DNA of 64,000 nt from an uncultured Candidatus Saccharibacteria bacterium (GCA_964426555.1 CAYRQJ010000005.1:5901-69900), one strand, 5' to 3'. Counted from the first letter of the stretch, positions 38,906 through 48,707 are shown. The notes: generated by a model from the letters alone, not told the origin. Translations and numbers: made by a program.

Positions 38906-40285
38906 ATGGAAGAGAAAAACGACATATTTGAAAAGGTTGTTAGTTTAACTAAACGCCGTGGATTTATATACCCCAGTTCTGAAATTTATGGGGGGTTTGC
39001 TGGTGTATACGACTATGGCCCAATGGGTGTCTTGTTAGCTAACAATATAAAATCTCAGTGGTGGAAAAGTATGGTTCAAAAAAGACCAGATATTGTAGGG
39101 CTGGATAGTGGTATTTTTATGTCGCCAAAGATCTGGGTAGCATCGGGCCATGTGTCTGGATTCTCTGACCCACTAATGGAAAATAAATTGACTCACGAGC
39201 GTGTACGAGCTGACCATATCTTAGAAGAAATCGGCATACTAGCTGACGAGAAAATGGAAATTGTTGAAATAAATAATCTTCTTCAAGAAAATAAAATTGC
39301 TTTAAAAAATATTGGCTACAATGTTGACGATTATACTGAAGCTAAAAGATTTAATCTACTTGTGGAATCAAATCTTGGAGATTTTACTGGAACTGGCGAA
39401 AACAAATCATATCTTCGTGGTGAAACTTGCCAAGGTATATATGTAAACTACAAAAACGTGCTAGATACTACAAATGTAAAATTACCTTTTGGTATTGCAC
39501 AAGTTGGTAAAGCTTTTCGTAATGAAATTGCAGCTCGCCAATTTGTATTTCGTACTCGTGAATTTGAACAAATGGAAATGCAATATTTTATAACTCCAGA
39601 TGAAGAAATGGTGGAATATGATGCATTAAAAGAATACCGTTGGAAATCTCTACTTTCATTAGGTATTAAAGAAGAAAATTTACGTTGGCACAAACACGAG
39701 AATTTGGTTTTTTATGCTAAAGAAGCTTATGATATAGAATTTAAATATCCTTTTGGCTTTAAAGAATTAGAAGGTATTCATGCGCGTGGAAATTATGATC
39801 TTACACAGCACAGTACGCACAGTGGACAAAATTTAACTTATTTTGATGAAGAGAAAAAAGAACATTTTATTCCGCACATTATAGAATCTTCTATTGGAGT
39901 GGGGAGACTGCTTTTAGCTATACTTTGTCAGTCATATTTTGAGGAAGAAGTAGGAGGCGAAACACGCGTAGTAATGCGTATTCCAAAAAAGATTGCACCT
40001 ATTCAAGTAGCCATATTACCACTTTCTAAAAAAGAAGAATTATCTATTCCAGCCAGCCAACTTTTTGAAGAACTATCTGAGAATTTTATGTGCCAATATG
40101 ACGAAACTCAAAGTATTGGTAAAAGATATCGCAGACAAGACGAAATTGGTACACCGTATTGTATTACTTATGATTTTGATAGTATCAACGACAATGCCGT
40201 AACTGTACGCGACCGTGACACTATGCAGCAAGAGCGAATTCCTGTAGCTGAATTAACTCAGTATTTACAAAGTAAATTTGTGTAA
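38906..40285 (+). CDS. glyQS: Glycyl-tRNA synthetase (class II, alpha2 type)
   Basis: RRGFIYPSSEIYGGFAGVYDYGP N-terminus and class II motifs. TGcTAGAAT at 38891-38899 plus a 6-nt spacer. Confidence 0.9.
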   Translation: MEEKNDIFEKVVSLTKRRGFIYPSSEIYGGFAGVYDYGPMGVLLANNIKSQWWKSMVQKRPDIVGLDSGIFMSPKIWVASGHVSGFSDPLMENKLTHERVRADHILEEIGILADEKMEIVEINNLLQENKIALKNIGYNVDDYTEAKRFNLLVESNLGDFTGTGENKSYLRGETCQGIYVNYKNVLDTTNVKLPFGIAQVGKAFRNEIAARQFVFRTREFEQMEMQYFITPDEEMVEYDALKEYRWKSLLSLGIKEENLRWHKHENLVFYAKEAYDIEFKYPFGFKELEGIHARGNYDLTQHSTHSGQNLTYFDEEKKEHFIPHIIESSIGVGRLLLAILCQSYFEEEVGGETRVVMRIPKKIAPIQVAILPLSKKEELSIPASQLFEELSENFMCQYDETQSIGKRYRRQDEIGTPYCITYDFDSINDNAVTVRDRDTMQQERIPVAELTQYLQSKFV

Positions 40286-40290
40286 TTCTT

Positions 40291-40509
40291 ATGTTAGAAG
40301 GTTTAAGTAATATACCCCTTGATCCAAATGAAAAAGGGAAAGATGTAAATAACGAGGAAAGTAAAAAAGAATCATATAGTGGAGAGCAAGATATGCACGA
40401 CACTGATTCTGCTTACGAGACCGACAATGATGGTTCCGAATATGATGGTGTTACAAAACCACATAATAAAGATATGGACACAAATCCTTGGGGTGATGAA
40501 GAAGAATAG
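40291..40509 (+). CDS. Hypothetical acidic protein
   Basis: 72-aa Asp/Glu-rich ORF immediately after glyQS. Weak support. Confidence 0.3.
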   Translation: MLEGLSNIPLDPNEKGKDVNNEESKKESYSGEQDMHDTDSAYETDNDGSEYDGVTKPHNKDMDTNPWGDEEE

Positions 40510-40511
40510 AT

Positions 40512-40546
40512 TGAAAAAACAGCTTAGTTATCTAAGCTGTTTTTGT
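40512..40546. terminator. Bidirectional terminator (A6, CAGCTTAG-TTAT-CTAAGCTG, T5)
   Basis: Stem at 40520-40539. Confidence 0.7.
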
Positions 40547-41250
40547 TTGAAATAATCTAGTATTGCAAAGTTATCATGGTGCCATTTGGGGCCTAATTCT
40601 TTTTGTGCTTTTATAGAAGAATTTTCTTTTGGCATATACGAATATACTTTTGCATTCCATTCTAAATTCATTTGGCCAATGGTTTGCAAAGCTAAAGATA
40701 AATAATAATCTTCCGCCCAAAAATAAAGTTTTAATTCATCTTTTAATTTTATAATAGGATCCAACCCACCAACTTTTTCATAATCATTTTTTCTGCATGC
40801 AAAACATGCGCCAGAAGCAAATTTGTTTAATTCATTGTTTCTAAACTTTCGAAAAAAATATTGTCTTAGCATTGAAATTTTCCAAAATAAATTATTTAGA
40901 AAAACTACACGCCCAGCAGACAATGTTATGTCTGGGTTCTTTAGCAGTGGGGCAGTAATGTTTTTTAGCCAATTTTTATCTGCCCATGCATCACCATCAA
41001 TACAAGCCACAATATCTCCAGTTACTTCTTGGAAGCCTTTTATGCGCGCATATGGTTGGCCATGTGGTCCATTATATTCTACTACCTTTATAATATTAAA
41101 TTTTTTAGCAATAGCTACGGTATTATCAGTACAATTATGAGATATCAATACTATTTCGTCAGGAGTTATTGTTTGATTTAAAATGCTCTCTATACATTTT
41201 TCAATCCATTCTTCTTCGTTATGGGCAATAATTAGTACTGAAATTTTCAT
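40528..41250 (-). CDS. Family-2 glycosyltransferase
   Basis: ISVLIIAHNEEEWIEKCIESILNQT and DxD-type motifs. Confidence 0.8.
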   Translation of the reverse strand: MKISVLIIAHNEEEWIEKCIESILNQTITPDEIVLISHNCTDNTVAIAKKFNIIKVVEYNGPHGQPYARIKGFQEVTGDIVACIDGDAWADKNWLKNITAPLLKNPDITLSAGRVVFLNNLFWKISMLRQYFFRKFRNNELNKFASGACFACRKNDYEKVGGLDPIIKLKDELKLYFWAEDYYLSLALQTIGQMNLEWNAKVYSYMPKENSSIKAQKELGPKWHHDNFAILDYFKQKQLR

Positions 41251-41292
41251 AAAATGATTATATCATTTATGGTATAATTTATAAATTAATCA

Positions 41293-41731
41293 CCACCTCT
41301 CCCTTAATCCCTCTCCTTGTAAAGGAGAGGGAAACGCAAAAAATGACAATATTAAACAATAAACAAAATTTTAAAGAAAGAAGAAGAGAGCTAAGAAAAA
41401 ATGCTACAAAAGCTGAACAAATTCTTTGGGAACATTTAAGAAGAAAAAGTTTTCAACTTAAATTTAAACGCCAAAATTCAGTAGGACCTTATATTATTGA
41501 TTTTTATGCACCAACTATTAAATTGGCAGTAGAACTGGACGGTGAAATACATAAACAAAATAAAGATTATGATTTAGATAGAACTAATTATTTAAATGAT
41601 AAAGGCATTAAAATTCTAAGATTTTGGAATAGTGAAGTAGAAAATAATATTGATAAGGTTTTAGAAAAAATAAAGCAAAATATGTAGTTAACCCCCTCTG
41701 CCTTTACAAGGAGAGGGGGTAGGGGGAGAGG
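41293..41731. mobile_element. DUF559 endonuclease gene bracketed by ~24-bp inverted GC-rich hairpin repeats (MITE-like/selfish-cassette candidate)
   Basis: Left hairpin CCCTCTCCTT-GTA-AAGGAGAGGG at 41309-41331. Right hairpin CCCCCTCTGCCTT-TAC-AAGGAGAGGGGG at 41692-41719 is its reverse complement. Each is accompanied by a partial direct repeat of one arm. Confidence 0.45.
41343..41687 (+). CDS. DUF559 (Vsr/restriction-endonuclease-like fold) domain protein
   Basis: AEQILWEHLRRK...FKRQNSVGPYIIDFYAPTIKLAVELDGEIH is the DUF559 signature. Confidence 0.75.
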   Translation: MTILNNKQNFKERRRELRKNATKAEQILWEHLRRKSFQLKFKRQNSVGPYIIDFYAPTIKLAVELDGEIHKQNKDYDLDRTNYLNDKGIKILRFWNSEVENNIDKVLEKIKQNM

Positions 41732-41756
41732 TTTGCACTTGTGCTATAATTTATTT

Positions 41757-41990
41757 ATGACTTACATAAAACTATTTGGCTGGTTGGGGACACTGCTACT
41801 AATGGCAACATATTTGTTAAATATTTTTGGCATGATTACAGCACAGTCTTTAATATATTTATTCTTAAATTTATTTGCTGCAATATTCTTGGGTCTACGA
41901 GTTTATAAAGACCGAAATTTCTCTAATGTATTCTTGGAAATCTTTTGGGCTGGGGTAGCCATAATTGGGATAATTAAATATTTCTATTAA
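41757..41990 (+). CDS. Small hypothetical membrane protein (2-3 TM)
   Basis: TGcTATAAT at 41742-41750 plus a 6-nt spacer, then ATG. ORF-track TTG start at 41733 is rejected. Confidence 0.35.
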   Translation: MTYIKLFGWLGTLLLMATYLLNIFGMITAQSLIYLFLNLFAAIFLGLRVYKDRNFSNVFLEIFWAGVAIIGIIKYFY

Positions 41991-42009
41991 GAGTGCTATA
42001 ATCTCCAAT

Positions 42010-43272
42010 ATGAAATACAGCATAAAGACACTAAAGAATGGTTTACGGGTTGTAACCGTGCCAATGAAGGATAATCCTACTGTGACAGTTTTAACTATTG
42101 TAGGGACTGGTAGCGACTATGAGCAAAAAGATTTAGGTGGAATATCTCACTTCTTAGAACATATGTGTTTTAAGGGCACCACAAAGCGCCCTACATCGTC
42201 TATAATCTCTCACGAACTGGATTCACTGGGTTGCGAATACAACGCTTTTACCGACCACGAAATGACTGGTTACTATGCCAAAGGTGATAGTAAACATTTC
42301 AAAAAACTACTAGATGTAGTAGGGGATATTTATCTAAATTCTACTTTCCCCGAAAAAGAGATAGAAAAAGAAAAAGGTGTAATTGTAGAAGAATTAAACA
42401 TGTACGAAGACATGCCTCAGCGTCGAGTGTACGACTTGTTTGACGAATTAGTTTATGGGGATACTTCAGCGGGTAGAAATATTGTTGGTACAGTTAAAAC
42501 AATAAATTCTATGAATCACGATAAATTTGTGCAATATAAAAATGCGCAATATACAGCTCCAAACACTATTGTTGTTATTTCTGGAAATATCGATGCAAAT
42601 AATTCTTTCAAGGAAGTAGAAAAAATATTTGGGAATTTAAATAATAAAAATCCAAACAAAAAAGAAAAATCTATAATTCAAAATAATTCTAAATTAAAAA
42701 TTCAAAACAAAAAAACTGACCAAGTTCATCTTATGCTTGGGTTGCGTGCTTATGATCGAAAAAATCCTAAAAATAAAACTTTAAGAATGCTTTCTTCAGT
42801 ATTGGGGGCGGGGATGTCGTCACGACTTTTTAATAAATTACGTGAAGAAATGGGGGTTTGTTATTATGTTGGGGCACATGTTTCTACTAGAAAAGAAACA
42901 GGAATTTTTGCTATAAATGCCGGGGTAACTACTGCTCGTACTAACGAAGTTATAAAAGTCTTACTTGAAGAATTAAAAAAATTAACCACAGAATTAGTCC
43001 CTGAATCTGAATTAAAAAAAGTCCAAAATCTTTTAATTGGTAATATGAAACTGGGGTTAGAAAGCAGTGACGACATTGCCAGTTTCTATGGTAACCAGTT
43101 ACTACTGCGTGGAGAAATAAAAACACTAAAAGACAAAGAGCGTGATATTATGTCTGTGTCTGCTAAAGATATTATGAAATTAGCAAAAGAAATAGTAAAA
43201 ACCGAAAATCTGCGTCTAGCCATTGTTGGCCCTGAAACGTTAAAAATAGACGGGAATATTCTAAAATTCTAA
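42010..43272 (+). CDS. M16-family zinc metallopeptidase (pitrilysin-like)
   Basis: HFLEH inverted zinc motif and downstream E. Confidence 0.8.
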   Translation: MKYSIKTLKNGLRVVTVPMKDNPTVTVLTIVGTGSDYEQKDLGGISHFLEHMCFKGTTKRPTSSIISHELDSLGCEYNAFTDHEMTGYYAKGDSKHFKKLLDVVGDIYLNSTFPEKEIEKEKGVIVEELNMYEDMPQRRVYDLFDELVYGDTSAGRNIVGTVKTINSMNHDKFVQYKNAQYTAPNTIVVISGNIDANNSFKEVEKIFGNLNNKNPNKKEKSIIQNNSKLKIQNKKTDQVHLMLGLRAYDRKNPKNKTLRMLSSVLGAGMSSRLFNKLREEMGVCYYVGAHVSTRKETGIFAINAGVTTARTNEVIKVLLEELKKLTTELVPESELKKVQNLLIGNMKLGLESSDDIASFYGNQLLLRGEIKTLKDKERDIMSVSAKDIMKLAKEIVKTENLRLAIVGPETLKIDGNILKF

Positions 43273-43329
43273 ACAAAGGGCTGGCTGGTATTGTTTTATG
43301 AGATTAGGATTTTATGTTATAGTTATCTT

Positions 43330-44409
43330 ATGTCAAAAGAATCTAGAACAGTACATGTAAATATAAACACAGGTACAATTGTGCGTATTATTTTATTCAT
43401 AGTATTAGGGTTTTTACTGTATAAGCTAAGTAATTTGTTATTTTTACTATTAGTTTCTATTGTTATTGCTACTTTTGTTGATGCAGTTGCAAGAAAATTA
43501 AAGAAATACAGAATACCAAGAACTCTTAGTGTTATTGCAGTATTTCTTTTACTGATTGCATTTTTAGCAGCAATGTTTTATGCCATTGTGCCGGTTTTAT
43601 TTAATGAACTTTCTCATGCATTAACAATGATTTCAAAATATGTACCCCAGGATAAACTAAAAGCCATCATTGACCCAAATGCAATCAAAAGTATAGACAA
43701 TTTTATAAATGCTGTGGGGGCTCAAGTCCCAGCATCTCAAGTAGCTAGCACTACAAAGACTTTGATCAGTAATATTTCCGGAGCTTTTTATGGAACAGTT
43801 CAAGCATTGTTTGGTAGTATTGCAAACTTGGTGGTTATATTTGTTTTGTCATTTTATTTGTCTATTCAAGAAAAAGGAATTGAAAATTTCTTGAAACTAG
43901 TTATGCCAATAAAATATGAAGCATATGTTGTGGATTTATGGGGTAGATCAAGTCGTAAGATTGCACACTGGTTACGTGGACAAATGACATTGGCTGTTTT
44001 AATTGCAATTATTACATTTGCTGTACTTTATTTCTTAAATGTTCCGTATGCATTACTTTTGTCTTTACTAACTATGGTTTGTGAACTTATTCCTTTTGGA
44101 ATGATTTTTGCAACTATTCCAGCAACTTTAGCCGGAATTTCTGCAGGGGGGATAGAATTAGGTGTAATAATTTTGATATTTTATTTCTTATTACAGCAAT
44201 TAGAAGGCTATGTTTTTGTGCCATTGATGAACAAAAAAACCACAGGGATTTCACCATTAATGGTTATACTATCACTGTTAATTGGAGCACAACTTGCTGG
44301 ATTTTGGGGTCTAATTCTTGCAATGCCAGTAGCGTTGTTTTTACTGGAATTAATGAATGATTTTGAATCTCACAAAGAAAATTTGCGTAAAATAATTCAA
44401 GAAGATTAA
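43330..44409 (+). CDS. AI-2E family transporter (UPF0118/PerM-like)
   Basis: 8-TM protein with AI-2E core. TGtTATAGT at 43315-43323 plus a 6-nt spacer, then ATG. The ORF track starts at 43291. Confidence 0.7.
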   Translation: MSKESRTVHVNINTGTIVRIILFIVLGFLLYKLSNLLFLLLVSIVIATFVDAVARKLKKYRIPRTLSVIAVFLLLIAFLAAMFYAIVPVLFNELSHALTMISKYVPQDKLKAIIDPNAIKSIDNFINAVGAQVPASQVASTTKTLISNISGAFYGTVQALFGSIANLVVIFVLSFYLSIQEKGIENFLKLVMPIKYEAYVVDLWGRSSRKIAHWLRGQMTLAVLIAIITFAVLYFLNVPYALLLSLLTMVCELIPFGMIFATIPATLAGISAGGIELGVIILIFYFLLQQLEGYVFVPLMNKKTTGISPLMVILSLLIGAQLAGFWGLILAMPVALFLLELMNDFESHKENLRKIIQED

Positions 44410-44414
44410 AAAAT

Positions 44415-45857
44415 ATGTCCAAAAATTTCTATATTACAACTACATTACCGTATGTAAATGCACCGCTTCATATGGGGCATGCATTGGAATTTGTGCGTGC
44501 AGACAGTATAGCCAGATATAAAAAACAAACTGGGTTTAATGTATTTTTCAATACCGGAACCGATGAACACGGAATGAAAATTTTTGAAAAAGCTAAAGAA
44601 AATAATCTTACTGCTCAGGCTTTTGTAGATCAAAATTTTGTAGTTTTTAAAGAGCAATTACAAATATTTGGCATTAGTGAAGACGCACATTATATTCGTA
44701 CTACTGACACAAATCACGAAGCAGGGGCTATAGAATTTTGGAACCGGGTAAATAGCAATGGTTTTATTTATAAAAAAAATTATGAAGCAAAATATTGTGT
44801 AGGTTGTGAAGCTGAAAAAACCGACAGTGATTTAATGGACGATGGCACATGCCCGCACCACCCAGGAATACAATTGGAAATTATTAATGAAGAAAATTAC
44901 TTTTTCAAATATTCTGCTTTCCAAGATTTGCTTTTGGAATTTTATGATAAAAATCCTAATTTTATAATTCCTGATTTTAGATTTAATGAAGTAAAAACTT
45001 TTATAAAAAATGGCTTACAGGATTTTTCTATTTCTCGTCGTAAAGAAAAAATGCCATGGGGTATACCAGTACCAGGGGACAGTGACCATGTAATGTATGT
45101 ATGGTTTGATGCATTAACTAATTATATAAACACACTGGGCTGGCCTGATACTGCTGGTGACTTTGACAAATACTGGGTCAACGGTACACCCACACAATAC
45201 TGCGGTAAAGACAATACTCGTTTCCAAGGTGCAATGTGGCAAGCAATGCTAATGGCTGCAGATGTGCCAAATTCTCACCAAATCATTGTAAATGGGTTTA
45301 TTATGGGCGGCGGCGGAGTCCGTATGAGTAAAACATTAGGTAACGTTGTAGATCCGCGTGACGTAGTAAATGAATACGGGATAGATGCGTTGCGATATTT
45401 TTTACTGCGCGAAGTTAGTAGTTTTGAAGATAGTCCATTTACAATGGAAAGGTTTAAAGACGCGTACAACAGTGGTCTTGCAAATGGTATAGGTAATTTA
45501 ACTTCAAGAATTTTAACTTTGTCAGAAAAATATTTACCAGATGGTGTTGAATTGGGTGATGCAGATTTTGACCAAGAATTTAATGATGCAATAGAACTAT
45601 ATAATATTTCACATGCGGTAAATCATGTATTTGAATTGGCTAATAATTTGGACCGTCATATTCAAGTAACTGAACCTTTTAAAGTTGTAAAAACAGATTT
45701 AGAAAAAGGTAAAGATTTGATAAAAAATAATGTATTGGAATTATATAAAATTGCATACATGCTAACTCCATTTTTACCACAAACATCTGAGAAAATAATT
45801 TCTGCTATTAAAGAAAACAAAAAACCAACCGAGCCACTATTTTTACGAAAAGATTAA
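44415..45857 (+). CDS. metG: Methionyl-tRNA synthetase (core enzyme without C-terminal tRNA-binding domain)
   Basis: HMGHALEF (HIGH-type) and VRMSKTLGN (KMSKS). No Zn knuckle Cys pairs visible. Confidence 0.9.
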   Translation: MSKNFYITTTLPYVNAPLHMGHALEFVRADSIARYKKQTGFNVFFNTGTDEHGMKIFEKAKENNLTAQAFVDQNFVVFKEQLQIFGISEDAHYIRTTDTNHEAGAIEFWNRVNSNGFIYKKNYEAKYCVGCEAEKTDSDLMDDGTCPHHPGIQLEIINEENYFFKYSAFQDLLLEFYDKNPNFIIPDFRFNEVKTFIKNGLQDFSISRRKEKMPWGIPVPGDSDHVMYVWFDALTNYINTLGWPDTAGDFDKYWVNGTPTQYCGKDNTRFQGAMWQAMLMAADVPNSHQIIVNGFIMGGGGVRMSKTLGNVVDPRDVVNEYGIDALRYFLLREVSSFEDSPFTMERFKDAYNSGLANGIGNLTSRILTLSEKYLPDGVELGDADFDQEFNDAIELYNISHAVNHVFELANNLDRHIQVTEPFKVVKTDLEKGKDLIKNNVLELYKIAYMLTPFLPQTSEKIISAIKENKKPTEPLFLRKD

Positions 45858-45861
45858 ATAA

Positions 45862-45888
45862 AAATCCCCGCAGTAATGTGGGGATTTT
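45862..45888 (+). terminator. Intrinsic terminator (ATCCCCGC-AGTAAT-GTGGGGAT + T-run)
   Basis: Stem with one G·T pair, followed by TTTTATTT. Confidence 0.65.
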
Positions 45889-45890
45889 AT

Positions 45891-46082
45891 TTAATATTTT
45901 ATTTTTCTATGATCATTAGATAGACTTTTTTTAGTATTTATTTGCTGTGTTTTTAGATTACTTTTTTCTTTTTTAATAAAATCAATAAGTTTTTTGTCAT
46001 CATTTTTACTTCTTGTATTAATCGGGGTTTTTGCATTTTTTGTTAGCTCTAACAAAATTTGCCTTATATTTTTTTCTTCCAT
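45891..46082 (-). CDS. Small basic hypothetical protein
   Basis: 63-aa Lys-rich ORF in an otherwise ORF-free 370-nt AT-rich spacer. Weak support. Confidence 0.2.
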   Translation of the reverse strand: MEEKNIRQILLELTKNAKTPINTRSKNDDKKLIDFIKKEKSNLKTQQINTKKSLSNDHRKIKY

Positions 46083-46232
46083 AATTTTAATTAATTTAAT
46101 TAAACTACAAAATATTTTTTAATGCAAATTAACCAATATTTTTAAGAAAAGACTAAAACCAGCCCCAATATCATGGTTTTCTTTTTGTCTAAATATATGC
46201 TACTTTTAGCTTAAATAAAAACTAAATTTATT

Positions 46233-47351
46233 ATGAAAAATGATAACAAAATAATACATGTCCCCATTAGTGGTGGGCCATGTTCAGCTAAAACTAGCAG
46301 CTCTGTTCATATCAGGGAAAAAGCTATGCAATTAGGTATAAAAACCATATTTGTACCAGAAGCTGCGCGTTCTTATTTTCAGGCTATTGGACGAGGTACA
46401 GAAAGTATTTATGCTCAACAAAGAGGAATATTTTCTCTACAATTAGCCAATGAGGCTTTTTATAGAAAAAAGGCGCAGCAAATTCTGGAATTTACAAATT
46501 CAAGAGTTCTTGTTATCTATGATCGAAGTCTGATGGACAACAAGGCTTATATGCCAAAACATCAATGGATCGATTTAATGAAGGATTTTTCTACTAGTGA
46601 ATTTAAAATATCTAAAAGATACACAAATCCATTACATTTAGTTACGGCAGCTGATGGTGCAGAAAAATTTTATGTAAATGACCCAGAAAGACCAGAATCT
46701 CCATCCGAAGCTAGGGTTATTGATCAAAAATTACAAACTATTTGGAATGGGTTAGCTGATCATGTTTCGATTATAAAAAATAAACCAGGTGGGCTTGATC
46801 AAAAAATGAATGAATCTTGGGCTGCAATTCTTAAAATAATGGGGTTGCCAATTCCAATTGAAGATGAACTTTGGTTTTCTGTTAAAGAAAATTTTGATCC
46901 GTCTCAAATTCATGTTCCTTATACCAAAATATACATTGAACAAGATTATCTTTTTACTAAAAATTCAGAAGACGAGCTGCGTGTTCGAATGAAAGAAATC
47001 AGTGGAGAAAGAATGTACATTATGACTTCAAAAAGAGAAATTGGTGGTTCAAAAAGAGAAGAGATAGAAAGACAGCTAACGCCTGATCAGTATCTTAAAA
47101 TCCTAAATGAAAAAAGAAGTAATCTTCATCGAACAATAAAAAAATGGAGATATTGTTTTATTTATAATTATCAATATTTTGAGTTGGATGAAATTATTGA
47201 TTATGAAGAATATGGGTTACCTCGTTTTAAAATGGAGTTTTCTCGGACACTTGAAAATCAAAAAGTTTTACTTCCTCCTTTTATCCCAATTTTAAATGAT
47301 GTTACTGGTGAGAAAAATTACAAAACCAGTCAAATGGCTTTAGTTCATTAA
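46233..47351 (+). CDS. Fusion of P-loop NTPase/kinase-like domain (AAA_28/NadR-like) and CYTH (triphosphate tunnel metalloenzyme) domain
   Basis: N-terminal P-loop PISGGPCSAKTS...VPEAAR. C-terminal region IYIEQDYLF, ELRVRMKE, MTSKRE, REEIERQL and YFELDEI carries the CYTH acidic/basic motifs. Confidence 0.55.
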   Translation: MKNDNKIIHVPISGGPCSAKTSSSVHIREKAMQLGIKTIFVPEAARSYFQAIGRGTESIYAQQRGIFSLQLANEAFYRKKAQQILEFTNSRVLVIYDRSLMDNKAYMPKHQWIDLMKDFSTSEFKISKRYTNPLHLVTAADGAEKFYVNDPERPESPSEARVIDQKLQTIWNGLADHVSIIKNKPGGLDQKMNESWAAILKIMGLPIPIEDELWFSVKENFDPSQIHVPYTKIYIEQDYLFTKNSEDELRVRMKEISGERMYIMTSKREIGGSKREEIERQLTPDQYLKILNEKRSNLHRTIKKWRYCFIYNYQYFELDEIIDYEEYGLPRFKMEFSRTLENQKVLLPPFIPILNDVTGEKNYKTSQMALVH

Positions 47352-47354
47352 ATT

Positions 47355-47390
47355 ACACCTCCTGAAATACGGAGGTTTTTTCTTTTTGAC
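47355..47390 (+). terminator. Intrinsic terminator (ACCTCC-TGAAATAC-GGAGGT + T-run)
   Basis: Stem followed by TTTTTTCTTTTT. Confidence 0.65.
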
Positions 47391-47439
47391 TTTATTAGGG
47401 TTAAGTGATATAAAAAATCTAACTTAAAATATAAACGTT

Positions 47440-47757
47440 ATGGAAAATCAAAAAATAGTAAAAAATCTAACTGAAAAACAGTATGGATTATTAAAATACT
47501 TCTGCAATTTTCATGAAAAAGATTTTGGGCAATCAAATCAGCCAATCGACGGGAAAGAAGTAAAAGTTGAAACCAGAAAGAAAGATTTAAATAATTACCC
47601 TGGGATTCATATAGTCCTGAAAAAGTTCATTTTTAATGACGACTCACCATCAACATACACAGTGGAACTATCTTCCAGTGATGAAGAAAATTTAAAATCA
47701 AGTTCTACCGCACTTTTTAAAAGAATAGGTATGGAAGAAGAAGAAGCTTCATTTTAA
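47440..47757 (+). CDS. Hypothetical acidic protein
   Basis: 105-aa ORF with a terminator at both ends. Confidence 0.4.
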   Translation: MENQKIVKNLTEKQYGLLKYFCNFHEKDFGQSNQPIDGKEVKVETRKKDLNNYPGIHIVLKKFIFNDDSPSTYTVELSSSDEENLKSSSTALFKRIGMEEEEASF

Positions 47758-47777
47758 ATAAATTTAAATAAATTTTT

Positions 47778-47802
47778 AGAGCACAATTGTGCTCTTTTTT
47801 TA
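47778..47802 (+). terminator. Intrinsic terminator (palindrome AGAGCACAATTGTGCTCT + T7)
   Basis: Perfect palindrome at 47778-47795. Confidence 0.75.
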
Positions 47803-47817
47803 TGCTATTATAATCTT

Positions 47818-48624
47818 ATGAAATTCAATTATTTTGATGTGCATTCGCATTTAAATCTCTCTCCTTTACTGGAGAATAAAGACGAAATTATAAATACACT
47901 GCGAGACCAGGGTATAGGTACTATTACTGTTGGTGTAGATTACAATACATCAGTTATAGCGCTAGAGATGGCAAATGAAAATCCGGATATTCTTTGGGCT
48001 ACAGTTGGTCAGCATCCTAATGACAACCCAGAAGAAATTTTTGACTATAATAAATTTTTAGAATTATCTCGCGACCCAAAAGTTGTAGCTATTGGCGAAT
48101 GTGGAATTGACTATTATCGTCTAAAAGGCAGTGAAGAAGAAAAAGATATAGAAACAAAAAGACAAAAAGATTTGTTTATTCAGCATATTAAATTAGCCAG
48201 TGAAACTGGTAAACCTTTAATGATCCATGCTCGTCCACACATGAATAGTCAAGATGCTTATATTGATGCCATAAGAATTTTAGAAGAAGAAAAATTTAGT
48301 GGCCATGCAAACTTTCATTTTTTTGTAGGCGATATTGAAACTGCACAAAAAATAGTAGAAAAAAATTGGAGCGTGTCTTATGACGGTCCAATTACATTTA
48401 GTTCTGAATATGACGAAGTTATAAAATCTATTCCAATACAAAATATAATGTGTGAGACCGATGCACCTTTTGCAGCACCTGCTCCATATCGCGGGCAAAC
48501 AAATTATCCGCAATATGTAGAACATGTATATAAAAAAATAGCTGAAATAAAAGTTGTTACCCCTGAATTTATGCGTGAAGTAATGCAAGAAAACATAAAA
48601 AGAGTATTTGGGATTGAGTTTTAA
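47818..48624 (+). CDS. tatD: TatD-family metal-dependent hydrolase/DNase
   Basis: FDVHSHL N-terminus, GECGIDY, MIHAR, and the HANFHFF...D series. Confidence 0.85.
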   Translation: MKFNYFDVHSHLNLSPLLENKDEIINTLRDQGIGTITVGVDYNTSVIALEMANENPDILWATVGQHPNDNPEEIFDYNKFLELSRDPKVVAIGECGIDYYRLKGSEEEKDIETKRQKDLFIQHIKLASETGKPLMIHARPHMNSQDAYIDAIRILEEEKFSGHANFHFFVGDIETAQKIVEKNWSVSYDGPITFSSEYDEVIKSIPIQNIMCETDAPFAAPAPYRGQTNYPQYVEHVYKKIAEIKVVTPEFMREVMQENIKRVFGIEF

Positions 48625-48663
48625 AAAGTCCTCCTCCTGCGAAGGGGAGGATTTAGGTGGGGT
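48625..48663. repeat. 39-nt GC-rich hairpin repeat, copy 1 (AAAGTCCTCCTCCTGCGAAGGGGAGGATTTAGGTGGGGT)
   Basis: Identical except for one base to 52025-52063. Confidence 0.7.
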
Positions 48664-48707
48664 TAGCTAATCTTTACTTTTAATAAAAATTGTGCTATAT
48701 ATAGACC

